Origin: Thermoanaerobaculia bacterium
GTDB taxonomy: Bacteria > Acidobacteriota > Thermoanaerobaculia > UBA5066
Direction of reading: 5' to 3'
Assembly: GCA_963821225.1 (NCBI GenBank)
Contig: CAWGCY010000006.1
Location: 723,217 to 787,216 of the forward strand
Length of the DNA stretch: 64,000 nt
The number at the start of each line of letters is the position of its first letter. Within the stretch, counting starts at the first letter, position 1. The position numbers and the translations under genes were made by a program. Shown here in pieces: positions 46,374-55,994 of this stretch. The notes beneath the pieces were generated by a model that worked only from the letters and a program-made list of their open reading frames with translations, was not told where the DNA came from and did no database searches.

Positions 46374-46610
46374 ATGTCCTGTCTCCTCTGCGGCGGAACC
46401 GCGCTCGGTGCCCGCAGCGCCACCGCCGAGATCGAGCTGCACTGCGGTGTCTGCGGCGACTACACGATCACGGTCGGCGCGGTGAACACGATCCGCCAGA
46501 ACCCCGCGAAAGCGAGTCTCGTCCGCGCGGAGGTCGAGCGCCGGCGCGCGGAAGGCGACGCAGTGCCGCGCGTGGACATGGACCTGCTCGACGTGGCGCT
46601 GAAGTCGTAG
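46374..46610 (+). CDS. small zinc-ribbon protein (paralog of 45770..46036)
   Basis: MSCLLCGG...(17 aa)...CGVCGDYTIT; 78 aa. Confidence 0.5.
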   Translation: MSCLLCGGTALGARSATAEIELHCGVCGDYTITVGAVNTIRQNPAKASLVRAEVERRRAEGDAVPRVDMDLLDVALKS

Positions 46611-46694
46611 ACCCCGAACGGCGGGCGGCCTCGGCGCGGTGCGGGCCGCACCGAGCCGGACGCGATATCCTTTTCCCTTCGGAGAGGAGACGCG

Positions 46695-47156
46695 ATGGGG
46701 CTTTTCGGCGGGAGAAGCGGCGCGAGCGGCGGGATGAAACCGGGCTTCAGGGACTTGAAGTGGGGCGACGGCCCCGGGCCACGCATGGAGGTCCTCGACG
46801 AGCACGCCGAGTCGAAGTTCTGCTGGATTGCCAACGACGATCTCACGTGGGGTGGCGCCTCCGTCGACAAGATCGTCTACGAGTTCTGGGGAAACCGCTT
46901 CGCGGAGGTCTTCATTGAAATTCCCACCGCGTCGGCCGACCGCGTCCTGAAGGATCTCCAGGCCGGCTGGGGAAAACCCGAGCAGCCGAACAAGTTCATC
47001 GAGGATTTCGTCTGGCAGAACAAGGCCGTGGGCCCGGAGGCCACGACGGCGATTTTCAGCCGCAACCCGAACACGCGGGCCGCGACGCTGCGCATCCTGA
47101 GCGGCTACATCGAGACGAAGAAGCTGCTCGCCAAATCCCGTCCGCCCGCGCGCTGA
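46695..47156 (+). CDS. hypothetical protein
   Basis: 153-aa ORF with SD ggagaggag; no recognised domain. Confidence 0.45.
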   Translation: MGLFGGRSGASGGMKPGFRDLKWGDGPGPRMEVLDEHAESKFCWIANDDLTWGGASVDKIVYEFWGNRFAEVFIEIPTASADRVLKDLQAGWGKPEQPNKFIEDFVWQNKAVGPEATTAIFSRNPNTRAATLRILSGYIETKKLLAKSRPPAR

Positions 47157-47159
47157 GCG

Positions 47160-47813
47160 CTACTTCGGGCAGGCAGACGCGTCCACGACCTTCGCCTCGG
47201 CGCCGCCGAGGAGCTTCCAGTCGCCTGCCATCGTCGTGCTTCCATCCGTGACGTCCCGGCGGTCCGGGCTCACGCGCGCGCCTCGCACGCCCGGCGGAGC
47301 CTGGACGCTCGCATGGAAGCTCGACGTCTCTCTCGCCGGCAGGAGGTTCACGTCCGGCGCAATCTGCGCGGAAGCGAGGTAGTTGCCTTTGCTGTCGAGG
47401 ATCCTCACGAGGATCACGACACCGCACGCCGACTGGTCTCCCCCGTTGCGGACCGTGCCCGAAACTCGCACGAGGCCGGAGGGGTCGACGACCCCGTCGT
47501 TCGAGACGTCCACGACGCGCACGTCCGACGCGTTCGGCGCGTCGCCGGCGGGCGCGTCCGCGCCCGCCGCCGGCGACGCGGAGGGAGTGGCGCCGGGCGT
47601 CGCGCCGGCAGCGGGGCCGAGCGTGATCGTCGTGCCCGTGCCCTTGGCGTCCGGTCCCGTCTTCAGGCGCCTCTCGCGCGCGAGGTCCTGCAGCGTGCGG
47701 GGCCGGGCGAGCCCGCGCACCGTCGGCGTGGGCGTCGGCGTCGGCGTCGGCGTCGCCCCCGGCGCCGCCGTTGCGGCCTGGAGAACCGCGAGCGCGAGGG
47801 CGGCGAGGCTCAC
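47160..47813 (-). CDS. secreted protein with Pro/Thr-rich linker and C-terminal DUF4352-like beta domain (paralog 1)
   Basis: Signal peptide MSLAALALAVLQAATAAPG, (TP)n linker, C-terminal VRVVDVSNDGVVDPSGLVRVSGTVRNGGDQSACGVVILVRILDSKGNYL... GTG start overlaps the paralog-2 stop (GTGA). Confidence 0.55.
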   Translation of the reverse strand: MSLAALALAVLQAATAAPGATPTPTPTPTPTVRGLARPRTLQDLARERRLKTGPDAKGTGTTITLGPAAGATPGATPSASPAAGADAPAGDAPNASDVRVVDVSNDGVVDPSGLVRVSGTVRNGGDQSACGVVILVRILDSKGNYLASAQIAPDVNLLPARETSSFHASVQAPPGVRGARVSPDRRDVTDGSTTMAGDWKLLGGAEAKVVDASACPK

Positions 47814-48445
47814 GAGCACTCCTCGCTCACGCCCATGACCTCGGCCTCGACGCGCCCCACGCGCCGCCAGTTCGTCGAGGCCGTGCCGTCGACGAGAGGA
47901 TCCGGTTTCCTCTCGCGCGAGCCGCGCACGCCCGCGGGGACGTTCACGATCCCCCCGAACGCCACCGCTTCCCCGGGCCCCACGACCTTGAGGTCGGTCG
48001 TCGTCTCCCCCGTCGAGAGCAGGATCCCGTGAGCGTCGTACAGCCTCAGGAAGATCCTCACCCGGCACGCGGCGACGCGGCCGGTATTGCGGACCGTGCC
48101 GTATACCGAGACGAAGCCGTCGGTGACGGCGCCGTTTTCCTGAACGTCCTCCACCCGCACGGACCCCGGGCGCCGGGCGGAGGGCGTTCCGGACGGGGCC
48201 GGCTCCGGCTCGGGCGTCGTGACGACGGCGGCGCCGGAGCCCGAGAGCCGGCCGAGCCGGCGCTCGCGCGCGATCTCCGAAAGGCCCCGCGGGCGGTACG
48301 GATCCGCAGCCCGCACGGGAGTCGGCTTGGAGACGGGAGTCGGCGGCGTCGGAATCGCGGTGGGCGTCGCGGTTGGCGACGGCGGAGCTGCCTGGGAGGC
48401 GAGAAGCACGATCATGGCGGCGAGCACCCCGCGATTATCCGACAA
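47810..48445 (-). CDS. secreted protein with Pro/Thr-rich linker and C-terminal DUF4352-like beta domain (paralog 2)
   Basis: MSDNRGVLAAMIVLLASQAAPP signal peptide; C-terminal VRVEDVQENGAVTDGFVSVYGTVRNTGRVAACRVRIFLRLYDAHGILL is homologous to paralog 1. Confidence 0.55.
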   Translation of the reverse strand: MSDNRGVLAAMIVLLASQAAPPSPTATPTAIPTPPTPVSKPTPVRAADPYRPRGLSEIARERRLGRLSGSGAAVVTTPEPEPAPSGTPSARRPGSVRVEDVQENGAVTDGFVSVYGTVRNTGRVAACRVRIFLRLYDAHGILLSTGETTTDLKVVGPGEAVAFGGIVNVPAGVRGSRERKPDPLVDGTASTNWRRVGRVEAEVMGVSEECS

Positions 48446-49976
48446 CGGCGCGCGCGACGAGTTCCACGCCGAACGTCTTCTCGAGAAGGCGTCCTTTCTT
48501 CCGCAGCGCCCACAGCTCGAGGTCCGGAGGCTGGCGCGCCGACAAGGCCACGTGGACCCGCTTGCCGCGGAGCGTCACACGGACTTTCTTGACGAGCCCG
48601 CGGTGAGTCCGGTCGAGCGCGTCGGCTACTCTCAGGAGCGCCGCGAGCTTCTCGACGACCGGCTTCTTCCAGGGGTCGAGCGCCCGGAACGGCTCGTGCG
48701 CGTCGAGAGGAGGAGCCTTGCGGTGGTAGCGGGCCACGAGGGCGATCAGCTCCACTTCGGCCTGAGTGAAACCCTTCAGGTCGCCGTGCAGGATCAGGTA
48801 GTGAGAGTGATGGTGGTGGCGCGCATAGGCGACCGAAAGGCCGATGTCGTGCAGCACGGCGGCGTGCTCGAGCCACTCGCGCTCGAGCGCGGTGAGCTGA
48901 TGGAGGCTGTGGGTCTGGTCGAAGAGCGAGAGAGCGAGGTCCCGCACGCGGACTGCGTGGACCCGCGACAGGCCCGAGCGCTTCCCGAGGCGCAGAACGG
49001 ACTCGCGGCGGATGTTCCGCTCCGCGCTGCGTCCCCACCCCGCCGCCGCCGGCGTCTCGAGGACGAGGGCGTCCCGAAGCGACCGGTCCGACACGAGGAG
49101 AGCTTCTACGTCGAAGGCGGCGAGCAGCTCCTCGAGGAGGATCGCTCCCGCGGTCACGATGTCCCTCCGGTCGGCCTCGAGCCCCGGGATGCGGAACTTC
49201 TGCCGGGCGGTCGACTCTCCGAGCAGTCTCGCGATCCGCGCCACGTCCTTGCGGTCCAGCGAACGGTGGCCCGCCCCGGCCGGCGATCGCCCCCGGAGCT
49301 CGGCGGCGATCGCCGCGACCGCGAGGATCGTGCCCGACGTTCCAACGGCGGTCTTGACCTTCGCGCGACGCACCGGCTTGCGGATGCGCTCGAGGCGGCT
49401 CCTCACGGAGCGGCGCAGGCGCCGCTCGTCCTTCGCCGAGAGGGGGTCGGACGAGACGAAGAGATCCGTCAGGCGCACGGCTCCGAGGTCGAGGCTCTCG
49501 GCCAGCAAGATCCGGTCGCCTTTCGCCACGACGACTTCGGTCGACCCGCCGCCGATGTCGAGGACGAGAAGCGGGTCGCACGAGGGCGGCAGCTCAGAGC
49601 GCACGGCGCGCGTGATGAGGCGCGCCTCCTCCTCGCCGGAGATCACCGCGAGGCGGAGCCCGGTTTCCTTGCGCACCCTCTCGACGAACTCGTCTCCGTT
49701 CGCGGCCTCACGCACCGCGCACGTCGCGACCGCGGTGATCGTGCCGGCGCCCGCCGCCCGCGCGAGCGCCGCGTAGCGGACGAGACAGTCGATCCCGTCG
49801 GCCATGGCCTCTTCCGAGAGAGAGCCCGACGCGAGGGTCTCCTGCCCGAGCCGCACCATCTCCTTTTCGCGCAGGACCTCGGACCAGTGGCCTCCGTCCG
49901 AAGGATCGTGTCGGGCGACGAGAAGCTTGATCGAGTTCGAACCCACGTCGATCGCCGCGATGTTCTTCGTGGCCAT
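48435..49976 (-). CDS. ppx: exopolyphosphatase / guanosine pentaphosphate phosphohydrolase
   Basis: MATKNIAAIDVGSNSIKLLVA... plus C-terminal HD-like domain HDIGLSVAYARHHHHSHYLI. Confidence 0.85.
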   Translation of the reverse strand: MATKNIAAIDVGSNSIKLLVARHDPSDGGHWSEVLREKEMVRLGQETLASGSLSEEAMADGIDCLVRYAALARAAGAGTITAVATCAVREAANGDEFVERVRKETGLRLAVISGEEEARLITRAVRSELPPSCDPLLVLDIGGGSTEVVVAKGDRILLAESLDLGAVRLTDLFVSSDPLSAKDERRLRRSVRSRLERIRKPVRRAKVKTAVGTSGTILAVAAIAAELRGRSPAGAGHRSLDRKDVARIARLLGESTARQKFRIPGLEADRRDIVTAGAILLEELLAAFDVEALLVSDRSLRDALVLETPAAAGWGRSAERNIRRESVLRLGKRSGLSRVHAVRVRDLALSLFDQTHSLHQLTALEREWLEHAAVLHDIGLSVAYARHHHHSHYLILHGDLKGFTQAEVELIALVARYHRKAPPLDAHEPFRALDPWKKPVVEKLAALLRVADALDRTHRGLVKKVRVTLRGKRVHVALSARQPPDLELWALRKKGRLLEKTFGVELVARAVVG

Positions 49977-50022
49977 TCCTGATCGTCTCGACCGTATCGT
50001 AGCCCTGTTATCTTGACGTGAA

Positions 50023-51333
50023 GTGAGAGCCTTCCCGTTCCCCGACCGCCCGCGCCTCTTCGGCGTCGCCGTCTCGCATTACCAGGTCGAAGGCGGCGAT
50101 CCGTGCGACTGGACGGACTGGGAGGCCGCCGGCCGGACGAAGGGCGGCGCGTGCGGGCGCGCGGCGGACTCGTGGAGCCGATACGAGGAGGACGCGGCGC
50201 TCGCGGCCGGCCTCGGCGCGAACGCTTTCCGGTTTTCCGTGTCGTGGAGCCGCGTCGAGGCGCGGAAGGGCGTCTTCGACGCCGAGGTCCTCGAGCGGTA
50301 CCGGCGTTTCGTCGAGCGCCTCGTCTCGCTCGGCCTCGAACCGGTCGTCACGCTCCACCACTTCACCCATCCGAGGTGGTTCCACGAGGAGACTCCCTGG
50401 ACCTCGCCCGCCTCGGTCGACGCATTCGCGCGCTTTGCGCGGGCGACCGCGCGGGCCCTCGCTCCTCACGTGCGGCTCTACCTCCCATTCAACGAGCCGC
50501 TCGTCCTCCTCCTCGGAGGGTTTCTCGACGGCCAGATCCCGCCCGGCCTGGCCGACTCGCGCGCAGCGGGGCGTGCCCTCGACCACATCCTCGCGGCACA
50601 CGCGGAGGCCGCGGGAGTCCTTCGCCAGGAGGCTCCCGGCGCCGCGATCGGGATCGCACACAACATGATGGACTTCGCCGCGGACCGCCCGGGACATCCG
50701 TTCGACGCGCTGCTCGCGCGGCACGCGCGCCGTCTGTACAACACGGCGTTCCTCGAGGCTTTCGCGACGGGGCGGTGGAATCTCTGGATCCCGCCGTTCA
50801 CGCGCATCAAGGGGCGTCGCGACTCACTCGCCGACTCCCTCGACCTCGTGGGCGTCAACTACTACTCGCGGCTTCACGTGCGCTTTCCGGCGGCAACGCG
50901 CGTCCTCACCGGCTTCGCATACCGCGACCGACAGGGACACGGATTCACCGACAACGGATGGGAGATCGCGCCCGCGTCCCTCGCCGCGCTCCTCGGCGAC
51001 GCCGGCCGGCTCGGCCTTCCGGTCCTCGTCACGGAGAACGGTCTCGCCGACGGCGCGGACGCGCTTCGCCCCGCGTTCCTCAAGTCTCATCTTGCGGCGC
51101 TCGCCGAGGCCGAGGCTGCGGGCGTTCCGGTCGCGGGCTACCTTCATTGGTCCCTCCTCGACAACTTCGAGTGGCTCGACGGCTATGGCCCCAAGTTCGG
51201 CCTCTTCGCGGTCGATCCCGCGACTTTCGAGCGCCGCCCGCGGCCTTCGGCGGGGATCTTCCGTGAAATCGGCAAATCGTTCCTCTCGCAGCCGTTGCGG
51301 GAATGCCCTGCACAGAAATCTGTGCACATTTAA
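50023..51333 (+). CDS. glycoside hydrolase family 1 (beta-glucosidase-like)
   Basis: Catalytic motifs LPFNEP (acid/base) and VTENG (nucleophile). Confidence 0.75.
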   Translation: MRAFPFPDRPRLFGVAVSHYQVEGGDPCDWTDWEAAGRTKGGACGRAADSWSRYEEDAALAAGLGANAFRFSVSWSRVEARKGVFDAEVLERYRRFVERLVSLGLEPVVTLHHFTHPRWFHEETPWTSPASVDAFARFARATARALAPHVRLYLPFNEPLVLLLGGFLDGQIPPGLADSRAAGRALDHILAAHAEAAGVLRQEAPGAAIGIAHNMMDFAADRPGHPFDALLARHARRLYNTAFLEAFATGRWNLWIPPFTRIKGRRDSLADSLDLVGVNYYSRLHVRFPAATRVLTGFAYRDRQGHGFTDNGWEIAPASLAALLGDAGRLGLPVLVTENGLADGADALRPAFLKSHLAALAEAEAAGVPVAGYLHWSLLDNFEWLDGYGPKFGLFAVDPATFERRPRPSAGIFREIGKSFLSQPLRECPAQKSVHI

Positions 51334-51403
51334 CAGAGCCTGAACGCCTTCCTCACCCCCTTCGCACCAGCGGGACCCATCTTTCGCGGGGAGGAGGCGA
51401 ACC

Positions 51404-52183
51404 TTGCTGCTGGCCGACTTTCACGTGCATTCGACCTGGTCGGATGGCCGCCTGTCGATCCCCGAGCTCGTGGACCTTTTCGGGCGCTCCGGCCACGACG
51501 CGATCGCCATCACCGACCACGTCGTCGACTCCGACTCGCTCCTCGGAAAGATCGCTCTCCGCTGCCGGCTCTCGATCACGAAAGAGAACTTCGACGCGTA
51601 TCGCTCCGAAATCGAGAGCGAGGCGCGGCGCGCCTGGGACGCGTACCGCATGGTCGTCCTCGCCGGCTGCGAGCTGACGCGCAACGCGCTCACCGGAAAG
51701 CGCTCGGCCCACGCCCTCGCGCTCGGCCTCGACCGCTTCGTCCCGGCAGACGGCCCGGTCGAGGAGATGCTCAGCCGAGCCCGCGAAACGGGAGCGGTGA
51801 CCGTGGCGTGCCATCCGAACGAGCAGTCGGACTGGTTCGCGAACACGTTCTACCTCTGGAACAGGCGCCGCGAGGTTTCGTCGCTCATCGACCTCTGGGA
51901 GCTCGCGTGCCGCTGGGACCTCTTCCCGCAGGTCTCCCGCGCGCGCCTCCCGTACGTCGGCAACAGCGACTTCCACGACCGCCAGCACCTCTATGCCTGG
52001 AAGACTCTGATGAGCTCCGAGAAGAGCCCGGCCGCGATTCTCGCGTCTCTCCGCGCCGGGAAGGGCCTCGGCATCACGCGCCTGCCCGACCCGGTCCCCG
52101 TCGCGGCGCGCATCCCCGACGAAACCGAGCCGCTCCGACCGTGCCCCGTCATCCCCGGCTTCATCGAGCCGGCGACCGCGTGA
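51404..52183 (+). CDS. PHP-domain metal-dependent phosphoesterase
   Basis: DFHVHSTWSDG...AITDH... PHP motifs. Confidence 0.7.
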   Translation: MLLADFHVHSTWSDGRLSIPELVDLFGRSGHDAIAITDHVVDSDSLLGKIALRCRLSITKENFDAYRSEIESEARRAWDAYRMVVLAGCELTRNALTGKRSAHALALGLDRFVPADGPVEEMLSRARETGAVTVACHPNEQSDWFANTFYLWNRRREVSSLIDLWELACRWDLFPQVSRARLPYVGNSDFHDRQHLYAWKTLMSSEKSPAAILASLRAGKGLGITRLPDPVPVAARIPDETEPLRPCPVIPGFIEPATA

Positions 52184-53460
52184 GCGCCGTGATTCTCACG
52201 GCTGTCTTCCTCTCCCTGGCCGCGATCGGCGCTGTCTTGACGACCGTTCAGGCCGGTCTCGTCGTCCGGCTCCTCGGGAGGAAACGCCCTTTCGCTCCCG
52301 GCCGGCACGAGCCGGCCGCGAACGGTTCCCGGCCGGCCGCTTTCACCACGACGTCGCCGCGCGTCTCGATCCTCAAGCCCCTCTCCGGGCTTGACGACGG
52401 TCTCGAGGAGAACCTCGTATCCTTCGCGCGCCTGACGGGCGTCGCATACGAGGTCATCCTCTCGGCCAAGTGCGAGGACGATCCCGCTGTCGCGGTCGCC
52501 CGCCGCGCGATGGCTCGCTTTCCCGAGGCGCCATTCCGCCTCGTCGCCGGCGGCGGCACAGGCATCGCTCTGTCGAACCCGAAAGTCGAACGGCTCGTCG
52601 CGGCGGCACACGTCGCCCGGGGCGAGATCCTCTTCGTCTCCGACTCGAACGTGCGCATCGAGCCCGGCGACGTCGCGGCGACGGTGGCCGCCTTCGACGA
52701 TCCCGCGGTCGGGTGCGTCTCGAACGTCTTCACGGGCTCCGGCGCTCGCTCGTTCGGCGCCGTGATCGAGAGCCTTCACCTCCTCACGTTCGTCCTGCCG
52801 GGCACGGTCCTCGCGGACGCCGGCGGCGTCGCCTGCGTGGTGGGCAAGTCCATGGCCCTGACGCGCGCCGCTCACGACGCGATCGGAGGCTTCGCCGCGT
52901 TCACGCACGTCCTCGCGGAGGACCAGGCCATCGGCTGCGCGGTGAAGGCGGCGGGCTTTCGAATCGCGCTCTCGACGGTCGTCGTCCGCAACGTGACGGT
53001 GACCCGGCCCCTCGGCCGGGCCCTGGACCGGCAGGCGCGCTGGGGAAAGATCCGGTATTCCTTCTCGAAACTCACGTACACGGGTGAGCTCCTCCTCAAT
53101 CCGCTTCCGTTCTCCCTCCTTGCCTGCGGCGGCACGGCGCTCGGGCCCTCCGGCCTCCCGCCTCTGCCGTTCGCCGCCGCGGGCGCCATCCTCCTCCTCC
53201 GGCTCGCGCAGGGATTCGTCCTCGCGCGCGCGGCGCGCGCGGATCTCGCTCCGGCGCAGCTCCTTCTCCTTCCGGTCAAGGACGTCTTCCAGCTCGCGAC
53301 GCAGGTCGTGCCTTACTTCTCCCGCGAGGTCGACTGGCACGGCCATCGCGCCCGCGTCGGTCCGCTCACGCGTCTCCTGCCGTCGGGGCAGACGCTGACC
53401 GCGCCGGCATGGGGCCGCGGCTCCGCTCCCCGGCGTCAGCCCTTGACGCAGACGACCTGA
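52180..53460 (+). CDS. family-2 glycosyltransferase (ceramide glucosyltransferase / HpnI-like, GT21)
   Basis: VSILKPLSGLDDGLEENLVSF...FVSDSNV...; N-terminal TM helix; multiple C-terminal TM helices. GTG overlaps the PHP stop (GTGA). Confidence 0.6.
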   Translation: MSAVILTAVFLSLAAIGAVLTTVQAGLVVRLLGRKRPFAPGRHEPAANGSRPAAFTTTSPRVSILKPLSGLDDGLEENLVSFARLTGVAYEVILSAKCEDDPAVAVARRAMARFPEAPFRLVAGGGTGIALSNPKVERLVAAAHVARGEILFVSDSNVRIEPGDVAATVAAFDDPAVGCVSNVFTGSGARSFGAVIESLHLLTFVLPGTVLADAGGVACVVGKSMALTRAAHDAIGGFAAFTHVLAEDQAIGCAVKAAGFRIALSTVVVRNVTVTRPLGRALDRQARWGKIRYSFSKLTYTGELLLNPLPFSLLACGGTALGPSGLPPLPFAAAGAILLLRLAQGFVLARAARADLAPAQLLLLPVKDVFQLATQVVPYFSREVDWHGHRARVGPLTRLLPSGQTLTAPAWGRGSAPRRQPLTQTT

Positions 53461-54674
53461 CGGAGCGTCTCGACGGGCTCGGCGAGGTCGCGCTGCGCCG
53501 CCATCACGTCGTCGATGGACTTGTACGCCGCGGGCGTCTCGTCGATGACGCCAGAGTCCTTGCGGCATTCCACGCCGCGCGTCGCCTCCTCGTGATCTTT
53601 CACCGTGAAGCGGCGCTTGGCCTCGCCGCGGGACATCCGCCTGCCGGCGCCGTGGGAACAGCTCTCGAAGCTCTCGGGGTTCCCGAGGCCGCGCACGATG
53701 TAGGAGCGCGCGCCCATGCTGCCGGGGACGATGCCGAGCTCGCCCTTTCCCGCGCGCACGGCGCCCTTCCGCGTCACGAGGACCTCCCGCCCGAAGTGGC
53801 GCTCTTTCGCGACGTAGTTGTGGTGGCAGTTCACGACCTGCTCGCCGACCGTGAAGAGCGGCACGTCTCCCGAAGAAGCCACGGCCCCGACGATGCGCTC
53901 CATCATGAGGACGCGGTTCTTGGAAGCGTAGGCCTGGGCCCAGCCGACTCCTTCCACGTAATCGCGGAAGTGGGAGGTGCCTTCGGTCAGGTACGCGAGG
54001 TCGCGGTCGGGCAGGTCCACACCGGCTTTTCTCATGTCCTCCTTGGCGATCTCGATGAACTGCGTCCCAATACGGTTGCCCACGCCGCGCGAGCCGCTGT
54101 GGAGGAGGAACCACACGCGGTCCTTCTCGTCGAGGCAGACCTCGATGAAGTGGTTTCCGGTGCCGAGCGTGCCGAGCTGCGTCGCGGGGGCCGCGCCGCG
54201 GTCGAGCGAAGGGTGGCGGTCGAGGAGGCTGCGGTAGGCCGGCTCGAGGAGCGACCAGGCTTCGGCGACGGGGCCCGGCACGACTCCCCACGCCCCGCGG
54301 TCGCCTCGCCCGCCCTTGTTCGTCCGGCCGTGCGGCACTGCGCGCTCGATCGCGGTCCGGATTCCCTTGAGATCGTCGGGGAGCTCGCTCGCCACGAGCG
54401 TCGTGAGCGTCGCCAGCATTCCGCAGCCGATGTCCACTCCGACGGCCGCGGGAATGATCGCGCCCACGGTCGGGATCACGCTTCCCACCGTCGCGCCGAT
54501 GCCGAGGTGGACGTCCGGCATTGCCGCCACCCAGCGATACACGAACGGCAGGCGCGCCACGTTCAACAGCTGCTTTTTGGCCTCCTCCTCGAACGGCACG
54601 CCCTTCACCCAAGCCTTCACGGGCACGCCGTCGCGGCATTCCAGGAGGTCGTAGTTCTTTCCGGAGTCGCTCAC
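53436..54674 (-). CDS. rtcB: RNA-splicing ligase RtcB
   Basis: ...MPDVHLGIGATVGSVIPT...GAIIPAAVGVDIGCGM...GTGNHFIE...NCHHNY...GAGR. Start chosen near VSDSGKNYDLL (ORF extends to 54710). Confidence 0.85.
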   Translation of the reverse strand: MSDSGKNYDLLECRDGVPVKAWVKGVPFEEEAKKQLLNVARLPFVYRWVAAMPDVHLGIGATVGSVIPTVGAIIPAAVGVDIGCGMLATLTTLVASELPDDLKGIRTAIERAVPHGRTNKGGRGDRGAWGVVPGPVAEAWSLLEPAYRSLLDRHPSLDRGAAPATQLGTLGTGNHFIEVCLDEKDRVWFLLHSGSRGVGNRIGTQFIEIAKEDMRKAGVDLPDRDLAYLTEGTSHFRDYVEGVGWAQAYASKNRVLMMERIVGAVASSGDVPLFTVGEQVVNCHHNYVAKERHFGREVLVTRKGAVRAGKGELGIVPGSMGARSYIVRGLGNPESFESCSHGAGRRMSRGEAKRRFTVKDHEEATRGVECRKDSGVIDETPAAYKSIDDVMAAQRDLAEPVETLRQVVCVKG

Positions 54675-54784
54675 GCCTCGATCATGCGCCGGTCCCGAAC
54701 TCGCCTTCACGCAGGTTTTACCTCGTGCACGCGCCGCGTTGATCGCGCTCCCGGAGAGTCCGAGCAGAAAAAGGAGGGCTCTCT

Positions 54785-55897
54785 ATGTTGAAACGGACGA
54801 TCAGCGCCCGTCGCGCCATCCTCGCGGTCGCGATCGGGGCGGTCATCACCGCGCTTTCGCCTGCCACCTTCGCCCAGGTCACTCCGGCTGAAGGTTACGT
54901 GCCACCGGACGACAAGCCCGCGCTCAAAGTCGGATTCACGCTCTTCGCGGACTACACGTACACGGACTCGCCCAACGCCAAGAACGCCGACGGAAGCGAC
55001 TACAACCCGAACGCGTTCAACGTCTCGCGCGCGTACCTCAACGTCACGGGCCAGCTCCACCACCTCCTGGCGTTCCGCATCACGACGGATCTCGTGCGCG
55101 TGACCGACGCGTCGGGCACGCTCTCCGGCAGCTACGCGATCCGGCTCAAATATGGCTACGCGCAATTCAACATGGACGAGTGGCTCCCGAAGGGCTCCTG
55201 GGTTCGCCTCGGCCTCCAGCAGACGCCGTACATCGACTACGCCGAAGGCATTTACCGCTATCGGTTCCAGAGCCCGATCATGGTCGACCGAGACGGCTTT
55301 CTGACGTCGTCGGACCTCGGCCTGTCCAGCCACGTCAGCTTCCCAGACAACTACGGCGACGTGCACGTCGGCATCTACAACGGCGACGGCTACAACAAGG
55401 CCGAGGCGAACGACCAGAAGGGCTTCCAGGTCCGCGGATCCGTGCGTCCGCTCGCGAGCATGGCCGTCGCGAAGGGTTGGCGGGTCACCGGCTACTGGAA
55501 TTCCGATCACGTCGCGAAGGACCAGAAGAGGAACCGCTGGCTCGTCGACACCACCTTCGAGCACCCGTACGTCAACCTCGGCCTCACGTACGTCGAGGCG
55601 ACGAACCAGGCCTCGCCCGGCGCGGCCGAAGTCAAGCCGAAGGACTTCTCGATCTGGGTCACGCCCCGCACCCCGTTCGGTCTCGAGGCCCTGATCCGGT
55701 ACGACGAGTTCAAGCCAAACAAGGACCTCGACCCGAAGCAGAAGCGCACCATCGTGGGTGTCGCCTACTGGTTCAACTTCGGCCACGGCATCGTTTCGGC
55801 GCTCATGGCGGACTACACCCGGGAGAAGTTCGACAACTTCGCGCCCGCGAAAGCCGACAACAAGTTCTACGCCCTTCACACGCTCTTCAACTTCTGA
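54785..55897 (+). CDS. outer-membrane porin, likely phosphate-selective (OprO/P-like)
   Basis: Signal peptide, beta-barrel pattern, C-terminal Phe; located immediately upstream of pstS. Confidence 0.55.
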   Translation: MLKRTISARRAILAVAIGAVITALSPATFAQVTPAEGYVPPDDKPALKVGFTLFADYTYTDSPNAKNADGSDYNPNAFNVSRAYLNVTGQLHHLLAFRITTDLVRVTDASGTLSGSYAIRLKYGYAQFNMDEWLPKGSWVRLGLQQTPYIDYAEGIYRYRFQSPIMVDRDGFLTSSDLGLSSHVSFPDNYGDVHVGIYNGDGYNKAEANDQKGFQVRGSVRPLASMAVAKGWRVTGYWNSDHVAKDQKRNRWLVDTTFEHPYVNLGLTYVEATNQASPGAAEVKPKDFSIWVTPRTPFGLEALIRYDEFKPNKDLDPKQKRTIVGVAYWFNFGHGIVSALMADYTREKFDNFAPAKADNKFYALHTLFNF

Positions 55898-55994
55898 AAC
55901 TGCAAAGGTTTGAGCAGATCGCTTCACACGGCCTTAACGTGAGTCACACATCGTGACCGCGGTGGCGACCAACACGAGACAACAAGGAGTTCAC

